Shown in pieces: positions 7,788 to 19,971 of a stretch of DNA of 64,000 nucleotides. The stretch covers positions 86,452 to 150,451 of the forward strand of contig DAOTDZ010000014.1 of assembly GCA_035453905.1 (NCBI GenBank). The letters run 5' to 3'. The notes beneath the pieces were generated by a model. The model saw only the letters and a program-made list of their open reading frames with translations, was not told where the DNA came from and searched no databases. Within the stretch, counting starts at the first letter, position 1; the number at the start of each line of letters is the position of its first letter. A program made the translations under genes and the position numbers. The DNA comes from Myxococcota bacterium (GTDB lineage: Bacteria; Myxococcota; B64-G9).

Positions 7788-10700
7788 TCAATAGCGCTGG
7801 AACCGGACCGTGTAGCTCTGGCAGAGGTTGTTCTGGCCGGTGGCCGGCTTCACGCACACGTAGAAGGTGTTGGAGTTGCCGGTCTGGCAGCTGAAACCGC
7901 CGCCCGGCAGGGAGTAGCAGGTGGTCTGGAAGGGCGGCACGCTGTCGACGCACTCCTGGGTCGAGCAGTTCCCTCGCCACACGTTGAGCCTCAGGTTGCC
8001 CGGATCCGGGCTGAAGGTGACCTGCAGGGTGCCGGCGCCCGGGCTCGGCTGGTTGTAGGCCAGCACATAGCAGTCGTTGTCCTCGCGCAGCCCGGTCTTG
8101 TAGACCAGCACCCCCGGCCGGTCGACGATCATGCTGCCCGGACCGATGGTGCCCACGTTGTAGGGGCTGTTGGCGCAGGTGTCGCCCACGTCGCTGGTGT
8201 CGATGCACTCGCAGCCGTTCGGGTTCAGCCCGTCGACGTTCCAGGTACCGGCGTTGCAGGACTGCACCACGCAGGCGCTCGACACGCAGGCCTCGGTGGC
8301 GTTGGGGAGGTTGCAGACGTTGCCGCAGAAGCCGCAGTGGTTCACGCTGACGGTGACGTCGGTCTCGCACCCGTTGACCGGGTTGCTGTCGCACGAGTCC
8401 CAGCCGGTGTCACAGGATGGGCTGCACACGCTGCCGAAGCAGGTCGTGGTGCCGTGGGGGTTGCTGCAGACGGTGGCGCAGCTCCCGCAGTGGCCCACGT
8501 CGTTGGTGGTGTTGATCTCGCAGCCGTTGGCCCGGTTCGAGTCGCAGGTGTCGAACCCCGGGCTGCAGCTGGCGAAGTCGCAGGAGCCCGCGTTGCAGTA
8601 GGTGCCCGTCGCGTTCACCACCTGGGTGGTGCAGTTGATCCGACCGGCGCAGGTGGTGCCGCAGGCGCTGACCGCGTTGAGGTCGGCCTCGCAGCCGTTC
8701 GGCCGGCTGCCGTCGCAGTCGCCGTAGCCGCCGACGCAGGCGCCGTAGTCGCACACGCCCCCCAGGCACGTCTGGCCGGTCGCGTGCTGGGTGGTCGCGT
8801 TGCAGTTCACCCGGCTGGCGCAGGTCCCGCCGCAGCCGTCGACCAGCCAGATGTTGGTCTCGCAGCCGTTGGCGGCGTTGCCGTCGCAGTCCCCCCAGCC
8901 GTTGAGGCACGCGGTGTAGCCGCAGGTGCCGTTGCCGCAGGTGATGCCCGAGGCGTGCAGCACCGTGAGGTTGCAGTTGACCCGGGCGCCGCAGCTCGGG
9001 CCGCAGGAGGCCACCTGCCAGATGTTGGTCTCGCAGCCGTTGGCCTCGTTCGCGTCGCAGTCGCCGAAGCTCGGGTTGCAGGTGGTGTAGTCGCAGGCGC
9101 CGCCGTTGCAGGACTTGCCGCTGGCGTTCTGCACCTCGCTGTTGCAGTCCACCCGGTTCAGGCAGGTCGTGCCGCAGGAGTTGGTCTGCCAGATGTTCAG
9201 CTCGCAGCCGTTGGCGCGGTTCGAGTCGCAGTTGCCGAAGCCTCCGTCGCAGGTGGTGTAGTCGCAGGCGCCGCTGGCGCAGGTCTCACCCGAGGCGTTC
9301 AGCACCTGGGTGGTGCAGTTGACCCGGTTCAGGCAGGTGGTGCCGCAGGAGCTGGTCTGCCAGATGTTCAGCTCGCAGCCGTTGGCGCGGTTCGCGTCGC
9401 AGCTGTCGTACCCGGGGTCGCACAGGCCGAAGTCGCACACGCCGCTCGCGCAGGTCTCGCCCGAGGCGTGCTGCACCTGGAGGGTGCAGTCGACCCGGCC
9501 CGCGCAGGCCAGCCCGCAGGCGCCGGGCAGCCACAGGTCGGTCTCGCAGCCGTTGGTGGGGTCGCCGTCGCAGTCGCCCCAGCCCGGGCTGCAGCTGGTG
9601 TAGCCGCAGGCGCCGCCGGTGCAGGTGAGCCCGGTGGCGTGTTGCACCTGGGTGCCGCAGTTGACGCGGGTGGCGCAGGTCGAGCCGCAGGAGGCCACCT
9701 GCCAGATGTTCACCTCGCAGCCGTTGGTGCGGTTCGCGTCGCAGTCGCCGAAGCCTGCGTTGCAGGTGGTGTAGTTGCAGGCGCCGCTGGCGCAGCTCTT
9801 GCCGGTGGCGTTCTGCACCTCGCTGTTGCAGTCCAGGCGGCTCCCGCAGGTGGTGCCGCAGGAGTTGGTCTGCCAGATGTTGGCCTCGCAGCCGTTGGTG
9901 CGGTTCGAGTCGCAGCTGTCGAAGCCCGGGTCGCAGGCGCTGAAGTCGCACAGGCCGCTGGCGCAGCTCTCGCCCGAGGCGTTCAGCACCTGGGTGCTGC
10001 AGTTGACCCGGGTCGCGCAGCTCGGACCGCAGGAGGTGAGCTGCCAGATGCTGGCCTCGCAGCCGTTGGTGCGATCTGCGTCGCAGTCGCCGAAGCTCGC
10101 GTCGCAGGTGGTGTAGTTGCAGGCGCCGGACGAGCAGCTCTCGCCCGAGGCGTTCAGCACCTGGGTGTTGCAGTTGACCCGGTTGCCGCAGGCGGTCCCG
10201 CAGGCCGCGGTCTGCCACAGGTTGGCCTCGCAGCCGTTGGTGCGGTTGCCCTCGCAGTCGCCGAAGCCGGTGTTGCAGGACAGGTACTCGCACAGGCCGC
10301 TGGCGCAGGAGGGGCCGACCGCGTTCAGCACCTGGGTGCTGCAGTTGACCCGGCCGGCGCAGGTCAGGCCGCAGGAGGTGGTCTGCCAGATGTTGGCCTC
10401 GCAGCCGTTCGGCCGGCTCGCGTCGCAGTCGCCGAAGCCCGAGTCGCAGCTAGGGCTGCACAGGCCGACGAGGCACTCGTTCGTGCCGTGCACGGCCAGG
10501 CAGGTGGTGGCGCAGTCGCCGCAGTGGGTCTCGTCCGAGGCCGTGTTGGTCTCGCAGCCCGGGCTGGGGGTGCAGTCGCCCCAGTCCGGGTTGCAGCTCA
10601 GCACCTGGCAGCTGCCCGAGGCGCAGGTCGCGGTGGCGTTGGGCAGGCTGCAGCCGGTGTTGCAGGCGGCGCAGTGCACCATGGTGTTGAGCTGCTGCTC

Positions 10701-13700
10701 GCAGCCGTTGGAGCGATCGTTGTCGCAGCTGCCGAAGCCCGAGACGCACTGGTTGAAGTCGCACGCGCCGCTGGCGCAGGCGGTGCCGGTGGCGTGCAGC
10801 ACCTGGGTGGTGCAGTCGACCCGGCCCGCGCAGGTCAGGCCGCAGGAGGTGGTCTGCCAGATGTTGGCCTCGCAGCCGGTGGGGACGAGCCCGTCGCAGT
10901 TGCCCCAGCCCTGCTCGCACCCGTCCAGCGCGCAGCCCGCGGGTGCGCAGTGCTCGCTGGCGTGGTCGAGCGCGCAGATCACGCCACAGCCGCCGCAGTT
11001 CGCCTCGTCGCCGGTGAGATCCACGCAGCTCTGGCCGCAGCAGGCCAGCGGCAGCTGGCAGTCGAGCGCGCCGCCGCCGCAGCGGCACAGGCCGTTGAGG
11101 CAGCCCTCGTTCGGGTCGCACAGCGTGTCGCAGTCGCCGCAGTGCTGCTCCTCGGTCAGGGGATCGAAGCAGCTCGCGCCGCAGCAGATCTCCTGCGCGC
11201 TGCAGTCGGCGCCGGTGCCGCCGCAGGCGCAGCCGCCGTCCTCGCAGCTCTCGCCCGCCTGGCAGGCGGTGGCGCAGTCGCCGCAGTGCTCCTCGTCGCT
11301 GAGCGGATCGATGCAGTCGATGCCGCAGCACAGCTGCAGCGCGTTGCAGTCCGGGCCGACGCCGCCGCACAGGCACAGGCCGTCCGTGCAGGACTCGGCC
11401 GGATCGGAGCAGGGCAGCCCGCAGCCGCCGCAGTTCGCCTCGTCGATGTCGGTGTTGGTCTCGCAGCCGTTGGGCTCCAGGCCGTCGCAGTCGATGAAGG
11501 GCGGGGCGCACTCGCCCGGAGTGCACACCCCCGCCACGCACAGGGCCGGCGCGTTGGGGAAGGTGCACACGTTCCCGCAGCCGTTGCAGTTCTCGGGGTC
11601 CGCCTCGAGGTTCCGCTCGCAGCCGTTGACGTCCTGGCCATCGCAGTCGTCCCAGGGCGCCTCGCACTGGAGCACCCGGCAGGCGCTGGCGACGCACTCG
11701 GCGCTGGCGTGGAACAGGCTGCAGATGTTGTTGCACGCCCCGCAGTTCAGCTCGTCGGTGGCGAGCTCGAAGTCCTCGTCGACCTCGTCGTCGCAGTCGT
11801 TGTCGATGGTGTCGCAGGCCTCGACGCCGTTGTTGGACAGCACGCAGGCGTACTCGCAGCCCGTGGCAGGATCGTGGTCGGCGTCCCAGTAGTTGCTCGC
11901 GCAGGCGCCCAGCTCGCAGCCCGAGTCGACGCAGTTGCCCGTCGCGTGCGGGTAGCTGCAGGCCTGGTTGCAGGCGCCGCAGTTGAGCGGATCGTCGGTC
12001 AGGTCGAAGGTCTCGTCGATCTGATCGTCGCAGTCGTTGTCGATGGTGTCGCAGGCCTCGACGCCGTTGTTGGTGAGCACGCAGGCGTACTCGCAGCCGT
12101 TGGTGGGGTCCCCGTCCACGTCCCACTGGCCCTGGGGACAGCCGACCGCCTCGGCGTGCACCTCGACCAGCCGCACCGGAGCGTCCAGATCGGTGGACTC
12201 GATGCGCACCGCGCCGGTGTCCTGGCCGACCACCTCGGGCGCGTACAGCACGCGGAAGGTGAGCATGTCGGCCGCCGAGGCCAGCACCGCGGGCAGCGCC
12301 GGCAGGTCCACCAGCGAGAAGTCCGGGCTCGAGCCCGCGTTGAGCGAGATGCTGGTGACGTCCAGCGGACCCACGCCCACGTTGGTCACGTAGATGGTGA
12401 CCTCGAGCGACTGACCCCGGTAGACGCTGCCCAGCTCGATGGGCGAGGCCATGGGCGACACGAAGATGTTGGGATCGATGGCGTTGCCGAGCAGCGGCAC
12501 CTCCACCTGCGGGTGGTCGGGGTCGTTGCTGGTGATGCCCAGGATCGCCTCGCGGCCGCCGATGGTCTGGGGCGCGAAGGAGACCCGCGGGCTGGACGAG
12601 TCCGCCGGTCCGAGGTTCGGCAGGCTGGTGGGCACCACGGAGAAGGTTCCGCCGCCGCCCTGGATCGCCAGGTCGGGCACCTCGAGGAAACCCTGGCCCT
12701 GGTTGGTCACCTGCAGGTCGAGGCTGCGGCTGCCGCGCACGTGCACGTTGCCGAAGTCGAGCTGCAGCGGGTCCACGCCGATCGCGGGCGGGATGAAGCC
12801 CTCGCCGCTCACCCCGACCCGGCGCGGGGAGGGGGTGACGTCCGGGGAGTAGACCTCGAGCTGGGCGGTCTCGGCCCCCTCGTCGGCCGGGAGGAAGGTG
12901 AGGCTCACGATCCGGCGCTCGCCCGGCTGGAGCACCTGTGGCGTGGCCTCCGACAGGCTGGGGAGATCGAAGCCCGTGGCCGGATCGGAGGCCAGGCCGA
13001 ACTCGGCGGAGGCGCCCGCCAGCCCGAGGCCGGTGACGGCCAGCGGGGCCAGGCCCTGGTTCGCGATGCCGACCTCCAGCGTGCTGGCGACGTCCACCCG
13101 GACCAGCCCGAACTGGATGGGCGCGGGGTCCACCACCAGATCGGGCTGCACGCCGCGGCCGGTCACGGCCAGGTCGAGCTGGGGCTCGTCGGGATCGTCG
13201 CTGACCACGACCAGGGTGTCGAGGTGCTCGCCGGCCGCGCCCGGGGTGTAGGCCACGTCGAGCTCGAGCACGTCCCCGCGGTTCAGGTACACGGGCAGGC
13301 TGGGCAGGCCCTCGAGCTGGTAGGTCGGGCTGGCCACGCTGGCGAGCTGCACGGCCTCGAGGGTCAGCACGGCGTTGCCCGTGCCCTGGTTGCTCAGGGT
13401 CACCCGCATCCGGGCGGTGCCGCCCAGGGTCACATCGCCGAAGGCGACCGCGGCGGGCTCGGCGGCGATGTCGGCCTCGCCCTTGAACTCGCTGCGCAGC
13501 TGGATCCGCACCAGCGCCTCGTCCGCGTCGTTGGAGATGATGTCCAACACCCCGAAGTCGTTGAAACCGTCGGAGGCCGTGTAGATCACGTCCAGGCTGG
13601 TCTCCGCGCCCGGGGCGATCAGGATGGGCAGGCGGGCCGCGGTGGCCGGATCGAGGACGAAGTCCGCCACGGTGCCGTTCTCGAACGCCAGGTCGGAGAT

Positions 13701-14141
13701 GCGCAGATCCTGGGTACCGGTGTTCCCCACCCGGACGCTGCGGGTGACCGGTAGCCCGACCAGGACCGAGCCGAAGTCGAGCACGTACGTCGGCGGGTCG
13801 CCGGTGGCGGCGGGCTCGACGATCTCGAGCTCCGGGCCGGCGGGCAGCTCGTCCCCGCCGTCGTCGCCGTCGCCGCCGTCCGCGCCCTCGACGCAGAAGC
13901 CGTCCCGGCACACCAGCCCGGAGGGGCAGCTGTCTCCCTGGCCACAGGGTATCGGATCCCCGTCGGCGCCCGGCGTGGTGCAGATGCCCTGCTCGCAGGT
14001 CTGGCCGATCGGGCACTCGTCATCCCGCTGGCAGGTGGTGGCGCCGTCCTCGCCGGGGATGCCGGAGTTGTCCGAACAGGACATCGCCAGCGCGCTCACC
14101 AGGAGCGCCAGGCAGCAGGTGAGCCACGAGGAACGCAGCAT
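7788..14141 (-). CDS. Giant secreted lipoprotein (2118 aa) with three blocks: choice-of-anchor-D-like beta-sandwich repeats, a metal-binding Cys-motif block, and about 16 tandem Myxococcus-type Cys-rich 48-aa repeats
   Basis: Start is ATG 14141 with RBS GAGGAGG. The signal peptide [22 protein letters not shown] has lipobox AMSC. The N-terminal block is Ig-like repeats (PLDVTSISL...VRIESTDLD). The middle block carries [14 protein letters not shown] motifs. The C-terminal block is tandem CGxTCxxRVNCxTQVxNAxGxxCxxGxCDYxxCxxGFGDCDxNRxNGCExNIWQ units. The long plus-strand ORF 8337..13754 is an antisense artefact. Confidence 0.85.
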   Translation of the reverse strand: MLRSSWLTCCLALLVSALAMSCSDNSGIPGEDGATTCQRDDECPIGQTCEQGICTTPGADGDPIPCGQGDSCPSGLVCRDGFCVEGADGGDGDDGGDELPAGPELEIVEPAATGDPPTYVLDFGSVLVGLPVTRSVRVGNTGTQDLRISDLAFENGTVADFVLDPATAARLPILIAPGAETSLDVIYTASDGFNDFGVLDIISNDADEALVRIQLRSEFKGEADIAAEPAAVAFGDVTLGGTARMRVTLSNQGTGNAVLTLEAVQLASVASPTYQLEGLPSLPVYLNRGDVLELDVAYTPGAAGEHLDTLVVVSDDPDEPQLDLAVTGRGVQPDLVVDPAPIQFGLVRVDVASTLEVGIANQGLAPLAVTGLGLAGASAEFGLASDPATGFDLPSLSEATPQVLQPGERRIVSLTFLPADEGAETAQLEVYSPDVTPSPRRVGVSGEGFIPPAIGVDPLQLDFGNVHVRGSRSLDLQVTNQGQGFLEVPDLAIQGGGGTFSVVPTSLPNLGPADSSSPRVSFAPQTIGGREAILGITSNDPDHPQVEVPLLGNAIDPNIFVSPMASPIELGSVYRGQSLEVTIYVTNVGVGPLDVTSISLNAGSSPDFSLVDLPALPAVLASAADMLTFRVLYAPEVVGQDTGAVRIESTDLDAPVRLVEVHAEAVGCPQGQWDVDGDPTNGCEYACVLTNNGVEACDTIDNDCDDQIDETFDLTDDPLNCGACNQACSYPHATGNCVDSGCELGACASNYWDADHDPATGCEYACVLSNNGVEACDTIDNDCDDEVDEDFELATDELNCGACNNICSLFHASAECVASACRVLQCEAPWDDCDGQDVNGCERNLEADPENCNGCGNVCTFPNAPALCVAGVCTPGECAPPFIDCDGLEPNGCETNTDIDEANCGGCGLPCSDPAESCTDGLCLCGGVGPDCNALQLCCGIDCIDPLSDEEHCGDCATACQAGESCEDGGCACGGTGADCSAQEICCGASCFDPLTEEQHCGDCDTLCDPNEGCLNGLCRCGGGALDCQLPLACCGQSCVDLTGDEANCGGCGVICALDHASEHCAPAGCALDGCEQGWGNCDGLVPTGCEANIWQTTSCGLTCAGRVDCTTQVLHATGTACASGACDFNQCVSGFGSCDNDRSNGCEQQLNTMVHCAACNTGCSLPNATATCASGSCQVLSCNPDWGDCTPSPGCETNTASDETHCGDCATTCLAVHGTNECLVGLCSPSCDSGFGDCDASRPNGCEANIWQTTSCGLTCAGRVNCSTQVLNAVGPSCASGLCEYLSCNTGFGDCEGNRTNGCEANLWQTAACGTACGNRVNCNTQVLNASGESCSSGACNYTTCDASFGDCDADRTNGCEASIWQLTSCGPSCATRVNCSTQVLNASGESCASGLCDFSACDPGFDSCDSNRTNGCEANIWQTNSCGTTCGSRLDCNSEVQNATGKSCASGACNYTTCNAGFGDCDANRTNGCEVNIWQVASCGSTCATRVNCGTQVQHATGLTCTGGACGYTSCSPGWGDCDGDPTNGCETDLWLPGACGLACAGRVDCTLQVQHASGETCASGVCDFGLCDPGYDSCDANRANGCELNIWQTSSCGTTCLNRVNCTTQVLNASGETCASGACDYTTCDGGFGNCDSNRANGCELNIWQTNSCGTTCLNRVDCNSEVQNASGKSCNGGACDYTTCNPSFGDCDANEANGCETNIWQVASCGPSCGARVNCNLTVLHASGITCGNGTCGYTACLNGWGDCDGNAANGCETNIWLVDGCGGTCASRVNCNATTQHATGQTCLGGVCDYGACVGGYGDCDGSRPNGCEADLNAVSACGTTCAGRINCTTQVVNATGTYCNAGSCDFASCSPGFDTCDSNRANGCEINTTNDVGHCGSCATVCSNPHGTTTCFGSVCSPSCDTGWDSCDSNPVNGCETDVTVSVNHCGFCGNVCNLPNATEACVSSACVVQSCNAGTWNVDGLNPNGCECIDTSDVGDTCANSPYNVGTIGPGSMIVDRPGVLVYKTGLREDNDCYVLAYNQPSPGAGTLQVTFSPDPGNLRLNVWRGNCSTQECVDSVPPFQTTCYSLPGGGFSCQTGNSNTFYVCVKPATGQNNLCQSYTVRFQRY
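8210..10560. repeat. Intragenic tandem DNA repeat, about 144-bp period and about 16 copies, encoding the 48-aa Cys-rich units
   Basis: The periodicity is visible in the protein and in the repetitive antisense ORFs 9286..10293 and 9775..10116. Boundaries are approximate. Confidence 0.6.
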
Positions 14142-14299
14142 GGGGACCTCCTCAGGCGGCGCCGGCGGGCATTCGCCACGCCTGGATCTTTCTAGCATCC
14201 TACCACGTTTCGGGCGGGGCTCGGAGGACCGCGCCGAGACGGTGGACAGCGACCGGGCGCCCGGGTAGGCTGCCCCCCAGGACAAGGAAGAGGTTCGTC

Positions 14300-14938
14300 A
14301 TGAGATTCAGGCTGATCGGTGCGCTGAGAGCGTCCGTGCTCCTGGGCTGCGGGTTGGGCTGGGCAGGCGCCTGGACGGGGGGGTGCGTGGCGTTCGGCTC
14401 GACCTCGGCGCGGCCGCTCCCGGCGGCCGAGCCGCCGGCCGAGGCGGTGGCGCCGGAGGCCCTCCTCCCCCTGGCGGTGACCATCGACTACCAGGGCCCA
14501 GAGGGCCGCGATCTCCAGGGCACACGGCAGGTTCGCGCGGCCGCGGTCGAGGTCCTGGCCGCCAGCCCGAGCTTCCGCCTGGCCGACCGCGCCGAGGGCG
14601 GCCACGTCCTGGCCCTGCACCTGGCCAGCGAACGCAAGGGTCGCGTGTGGCTGACGGTGCTGTGCGTGCTGAGCGGCACCGTCTTGCCGGCCATGGTGAC
14701 CGAGGAGCTGCTCATCACCGCCGAGCTGCGTGATCCGTCCGGGCAGGTGCTCGGCGAACGCAAGCTGACCATGGAGCAGACCTCCGTGGTCGAGCTGTTC
14801 ATGCTCTTCGGCATGCCCTTCGCCTGGGAGGGGAAGATCCGGCTCGGCCTGTTCTGCGAGGTGCTCCGCGATCTCGTCGACTGGGCGGGCGGCTTGACCG
14901 GCCAGGCGGCGGCGCCCGCGCCCGTCCCGCCGGGCTGA
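14300..14938 (+). CDS. Hypothetical lipoprotein
   Basis: [13 protein letters not shown] precedes the ATG. The signal is LRASVLLGCGLGWAG. The gene is divergent from the giant lipoprotein gene. Confidence 0.55.
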   Translation: MRFRLIGALRASVLLGCGLGWAGAWTGGCVAFGSTSARPLPAAEPPAEAVAPEALLPLAVTIDYQGPEGRDLQGTRQVRAAAVEVLAASPSFRLADRAEGGHVLALHLASERKGRVWLTVLCVLSGTVLPAMVTEELLITAELRDPSGQVLGERKLTMEQTSVVELFMLFGMPFAWEGKIRLGLFCEVLRDLVDWAGGLTGQAAAPAPVPPG

Positions 14939-14965
14939 CCCGCGCTGGACGTGGAGAGGGAAGGC

Positions 14966-16438
<1,473 letters not shown>

Positions 16439-16492
16439 AGAGCTTTCATACGCTGTCATTTCCCATCATACACCCACCGCCTCGGGGCGACT

Positions 16493-16575
16493 CCGCACCG
16501 GAAATAGATAACCAAACGATTTCAACGAGATAGTTTCTTTTTCAGGCCGGTCCCGCACCGGGCCCCTGCGCGTGC
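16493..16575 (+). promoter_or_regulatory. Putative upstream activating region (UAS) for an enhancer-binding protein, inside an AT-rich island
   Basis: The 9-mer CCGCACCGG occurs twice in direct orientation, at 16493-16501 and 16553-16561. The motif GCACC-N13-GCGTGC is also present, reminiscent of NtrC-type TGCACC...GGTGCA sites. A near-IHF-like ATCAAcgcaTTG lies between this region and the promoter. Confidence 0.3.
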
Positions 16576-16662
16576 GTTTTTCAGTCCCCACCTACCCCTC
16601 CATATCCATGAAAACTTTATTATTTCAATGCGTTGATCTGCCTCGAAGGTGCTCTTGACCCG

Positions 16663-16678
16663 TGGCATGTGCCTTGCT
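16663..16678 (+). promoter_or_regulatory. Sigma-54 (RpoN) -24/-12 promoter: TGGCAT-gtgcc-TTGCT
   Basis: This is an exact match to TGGCAY-N5-TTGCW. GG is at 16664-65 and GC at 16676-77. It sits about 80 bp upstream of ATG 16758, downstream of an NtrC-type activator gene and an AT-rich region that is unusual for this genome. Confidence 0.6.
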
Positions 16679-16757
16679 TGTGCCCCCGCTGCCGGTCCGG
16701 ACCCGAATTCGGGACGGGACCGCGAGGCCACGGGAATCGGAACCAAGGAGCTTCGTC

Positions 16758-18359
16758 ATGAGCGTCGAGCCCAGGCTGTTGGTCGTGGACGATGAGGAAG
16801 TCGTCTGCAAGACCTGCTCCAGGATCTTCGAGGGGCAGGGCTACCGTGTCGAGACCGCCACCGATCCGCAGGCGGGCCTCGCCATGGCGACCAAGGGCAA
16901 GTACGCCGTGATCCTGCTGGACATCAAGATGCCCGCGATGGACGGGCTGGCGTTCCTGGCCGAGCTGCGCAAGCAGGACCCCAGGACCCCGGTCATCATG
17001 GTCACCGGCTACCCCTCGGTGCCGAGCGCGGCCACGGCCATGCGCCTGGGCGCCGCGGACTATGTCTCCAAGCCCTTCACCCCGGACGAGATCACCGGGG
17101 CGGTGCGCCGCGTCCTGGGCGGCGCGGCCACCCACACCGCCCGGCCGGCCGCCGGGCCGCTCGCCAGCGCGAGCGCGCCGGCCCCGGGCGTCTTCACCCC
17201 GATGTCCGAGGAGTTCCTGTTCCTGGGAGAGAGCTGGATCCAGGTCGGGCAGGACGGGACCGTGCGCGCCGGCGCCTTCCTCTCGAAGGACGAGGGCGGC
17301 GAGGCCCGCGAGGTGGTGCTGCCCAGGCCGGGCGACAACGTGTTCCAGGGGTTGCCGCTGGTCGGCTTCCGCAAGGCGGGCAGCGAGCCGCGCAGCGTCC
17401 CCTCGCCGGTCACCGGCGAGGTGGTGGAGGTGAACCCGGCGCTGGCGACCCGTCCCAGCCTGGCGTGGGAGGAGCCCTGCCGCCAGGGCTGGATCGCCCG
17501 CATCCGACCGAGCCGGCTGCCGAGCGACCTGAAGTCGGTCGGCCACCGCGTGGTGGTGCTGGCCTGTCCGGACAAGGCCGCCTGCCAGGCCCGCGCGAAC
17601 GCGCTGGGCGGCCTGGGCTGCGAGGTGCTGCACGCCAAGGACGAGGCGGAGATCGCCGCCCACCTGCGCACCGCCAAGGGCGCCCTGGTGATGGTGGACG
17701 GCAAGGGCTTCGGCGCCCGCGGCCCCGAGCTGGTCGGGCGGGTGAACGCGCTCGCGCCCGAGGCCAAGGTGGTGGCGCTGGGTGAGCCCCAGGCCGAGCT
17801 GGAGAAGCAGTACCGCTCCAGGCGCCTGTTCTACTACGCGGCCGAGCCGGTGTCCGAGCGGGAGCTGATCGATCTGCTCGCCTCCGCGTTCCGCCCGGTC
17901 GTCCGCGGCGCGGCCAGGCAGGCCGCCGCCGGCGGGTTGCCCAGCTTCGTGCGCCGGGTGCGCATCACCAACCGGCACGGCCAGGCCGTGTCGCTGCTCA
18001 CCTCGGGCGGCGTGCTGCTGGAGAGCGGCGGGGTCGGCCGGGAGCTGGTCGAGCGCCTGCTGCGGGGGGCGTTCCCGGTGCGCGTCACCCTGGGACGGGA
18101 GGAGTTGACCCCCATGGAGATCCAGGCCGAGGCCAACGACGCGGATCGCATCCTGGTGCTCGAGGTGGGGGACGCAGGCAGGCTGCCCGGCAGCCTGGGG
18201 CGCAACACCGGCAGCGAGCTGGTGCAGGCCTCCGGCGAGGCCGCCGGCAAGGCGGTCGCCTTCGTGGTCCAGCCCGCCGGCGGCGTGGGCCCGCTCGCCC
18301 TCGACGGGCGCACGGAGCAGGCCCTGGCCGAGGCGCTGGTCCAGGAGATGGTGGTCTGA
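16758..18359 (+). CDS. Atypical response regulator: REC domain + glycine-cleavage-H / lipoate-binding (LbpA-like) domain + degenerate receiver-like domain + C-terminal region of unknown function
   Basis: ATG 16758 is preceded by AAGGAG. The receiver domain reads LLVVDDEEVV...ILLDIKMPAMDG...SKPF. The GcvH-like region is ESWIQVGQDGTVRAGAFL...VVLPRPGDNVFQGLPLVGFRKAGSEPRSVPSPVTGEVVEVNPAL...GWIARI. It aligns with GcvH (hEWv..dGT..vGit...V.LPevG..V......ESVKAAS...PVSGEVVeVN..L...P...N.dPYg.GWlfk), including a lysine at the lipoyl-attachment position. The upstream extension of ORF 16662.. is rejected. Confidence 0.7.
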   Translation: MSVEPRLLVVDDEEVVCKTCSRIFEGQGYRVETATDPQAGLAMATKGKYAVILLDIKMPAMDGLAFLAELRKQDPRTPVIMVTGYPSVPSAATAMRLGAADYVSKPFTPDEITGAVRRVLGGAATHTARPAAGPLASASAPAPGVFTPMSEEFLFLGESWIQVGQDGTVRAGAFLSKDEGGEAREVVLPRPGDNVFQGLPLVGFRKAGSEPRSVPSPVTGEVVEVNPALATRPSLAWEEPCRQGWIARIRPSRLPSDLKSVGHRVVVLACPDKAACQARANALGGLGCEVLHAKDEAEIAAHLRTAKGALVMVDGKGFGARGPELVGRVNALAPEAKVVALGEPQAELEKQYRSRRLFYYAAEPVSERELIDLLASAFRPVVRGAARQAAAGGLPSFVRRVRITNRHGQAVSLLTSGGVLLESGGVGRELVERLLRGAFPVRVTLGREELTPMEIQAEANDADRILVLEVGDAGRLPGSLGRNTGSELVQASGEAAGKAVAFVVQPAGGVGPLALDGRTEQALAEALVQEMVV

Positions 18360-18390
18360 GGTCGCCGCGGGGCGGGAGGACGGGAAGGTC

Positions 18391-19044
18391 ATGTCGCCAC
18401 AGCCAGAGACCGAGAGCAGGCAGGAGAAGGTCTTCCAGGGGGCGGCCGCGCCTGGCGAGCCCTCGGCGGAGCTGAAGACCCTGTTCGAACGCAAGCAGGA
18501 CCACCAGTTCCTGGCGGAGCTGGACAAGCTGCCCGAGGGCGCCAAGGTCAAGATGTGCATCCAGTGCGGGACCTGCGGCGGCATGTGTCCGGTGACGCCG
18601 CTGCTGGACCACTCGCCCCGGCGACTGTTCGCCATGCTGCGCGCCGGCATGACGGACGAGGTGCTGGACGCGGCCACGCCCTGGGTGTGCTCGAGCTGCT
18701 ACCGCTGCACGGTGAACTGCCCGGCGGGCATCAAGATCACCGAGGTGATGTACGCGCTGAAACGCCGGGCGATCCAGGCCGGCCGCAAGGCGAGGAGCTC
18801 GGACTACCAGCGCTTCGCCAGCATCTTCACCCGCATCGTCTCCAGGCATGGGCGCTCGCACGAGATGGGCCTGCTCAGCCGCTACATGATGTTCCACCAC
18901 CCGGTCGCCATGGCCAAGCAGAGCGGCCTGGGCATGCGCCTGATGCTCAAGGGCCGCATGCCGCTCACGCAGGAGAAGATCAAGGATCGCGAGGGGCTGC
19001 GGCGCATGGCCGCCAAGGCCCTCGAGCTCGGGGAGGGGGTGTGA
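18391..19044 (+). CDS. hdrC: Heterodisulfide reductase subunit C-like protein (two [4Fe-4S] ferredoxin motifs)
   Basis: The two cluster motifs are CIQCGTCGGMCP and CSSCYRCTVNCP. The RBS is GGGAGGACGGGAAGG. The stop overlaps the hdrB RBS. Confidence 0.8.
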   Translation: MSPQPETESRQEKVFQGAAAPGEPSAELKTLFERKQDHQFLAELDKLPEGAKVKMCIQCGTCGGMCPVTPLLDHSPRRLFAMLRAGMTDEVLDAATPWVCSSCYRCTVNCPAGIKITEVMYALKRRAIQAGRKARSSDYQRFASIFTRIVSRHGRSHEMGLLSRYMMFHHPVAMAKQSGLGMRLMLKGRMPLTQEKIKDREGLRRMAAKALELGEGV

Positions 19045-19046
19045 GC

Positions 19047-19940
19047 ATGAAGAAGTACCTCTACTACCCGGGCTGCTCGCAGAAGGCCACCTCCCGCGCC
19101 TACGAGGAGGCGCTGCTCGCCATCGCCGCCGACCTGGGGCTGGAGCTGCAGGAGGTCGAGGACTGGAACTGCTGCGGGACCACCCCGGTGATGGCGGTCA
19201 ACAAGGTGCTGGCGCTGAGCCTGGCGGCCCGCAACCTGGCCCTGGCCGAGGCCCAGGGCCAGGGCGAGCTGACCGAGCTGGTCACCCCCTGCCCGAGCTG
19301 CTGGCTGGCCCTGCACAAGGCCCAGCACGCGCTGGCCGACGACGAGGAGATCGCGGGCAAGGTGCGCGCCTCGCTCGAGGCCGGCGGCTACAGCTACAAG
19401 GGCACCATCCGCCCGCGGCACCTGCTCGAGGTGCTGGTGAACGAGGTGGGCGTGGAGGCCATCCAGCAGAAGGCCGGCAAGCCCTTGCAGGGGCTCAAGG
19501 TGGCCCCCTACTACGGCTGCCAGGTGCTGAGGCCGTACGCCCAGGGCGATGACGCCGAGCACCCCCAAAATCTAGAGAAGATCATCCGCGCCACGGGGGC
19601 CGAGGTGGCCGAGTTCCCGCTGCAGTCGGCCTGCTGCGGCGGCACCCTGGTGGCCACCCGACCCGAGGTGGGCTACCAGATGAGCGCGGACATCCTGCGC
19701 GCCATCGAGCGCTCGGGCGCCAACCTCGTCGTCACCCCCTGCAACCTGTGTCAGGCGACGCTCGAGATCGTGCAGCGCAAGACCCCCAAGTTCCTCGGCC
19801 ACAAGACCAAGCTGCCCATCCTGGCCGTGACCCAGCTCATCGGGCTGGCCATGGGCAAGTCGGTGAAGGAGCTCGGGCTGCAGCGCTCGCTGAACGCCAA
19901 GCGCTGCCTGCGCACCATGGGCCGGGAGACGGCCGCCTGA
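19047..19940 (+). CDS. hdrB: Heterodisulfide reductase subunit B-like protein (two CCG domains)
   Basis: The N-terminal CCG domain has YYPGCS...NCCGTTPV...PCPSC. The C-terminal CCG domain has YYGCQ...ACCGGTLV...PCNLC. The start is 2 nt after the hdrC stop. Confidence 0.85.
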   Translation: MKKYLYYPGCSQKATSRAYEEALLAIAADLGLELQEVEDWNCCGTTPVMAVNKVLALSLAARNLALAEAQGQGELTELVTPCPSCWLALHKAQHALADDEEIAGKVRASLEAGGYSYKGTIRPRHLLEVLVNEVGVEAIQQKAGKPLQGLKVAPYYGCQVLRPYAQGDDAEHPQNLEKIIRATGAEVAEFPLQSACCGGTLVATRPEVGYQMSADILRAIERSGANLVVTPCNLCQATLEIVQRKTPKFLGHKTKLPILAVTQLIGLAMGKSVKELGLQRSLNAKRCLRTMGRETAA

Positions 19941-19971
19941 GCGGCCCCCAAGGGACGAAGCGAGGAATCAC

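Noticed and set aside
6553-7794. 413-aa plus-strand ORF in an alternative frame to the zinc-ribbon/TPR gene
   Set aside because: Its translation is Arg/Gly/Pro-rich low-complexity, and it lies in the same region as a gene with clear zinc-ribbon and TM features.
8337-13754. 1805-aa plus-strand ORF (Ala/Gly/Val-rich)
   Set aside because: It is antisense to the Cys-repeat giant protein gene. The translation is low-complexity with no signal or domains, typical of the stop-poor reverse frame of a GC-rich coding region.
16620-18677. 685-aa minus-strand ORF and the 16662 upstream start of the regulator
   Set aside because: The antisense ORF opposes the REC–GcvH regulator. The 16662 start would place the sigma-54 promoter inside the coding sequence and lacks an RBS, whereas ATG 16758 has AAGGAG.
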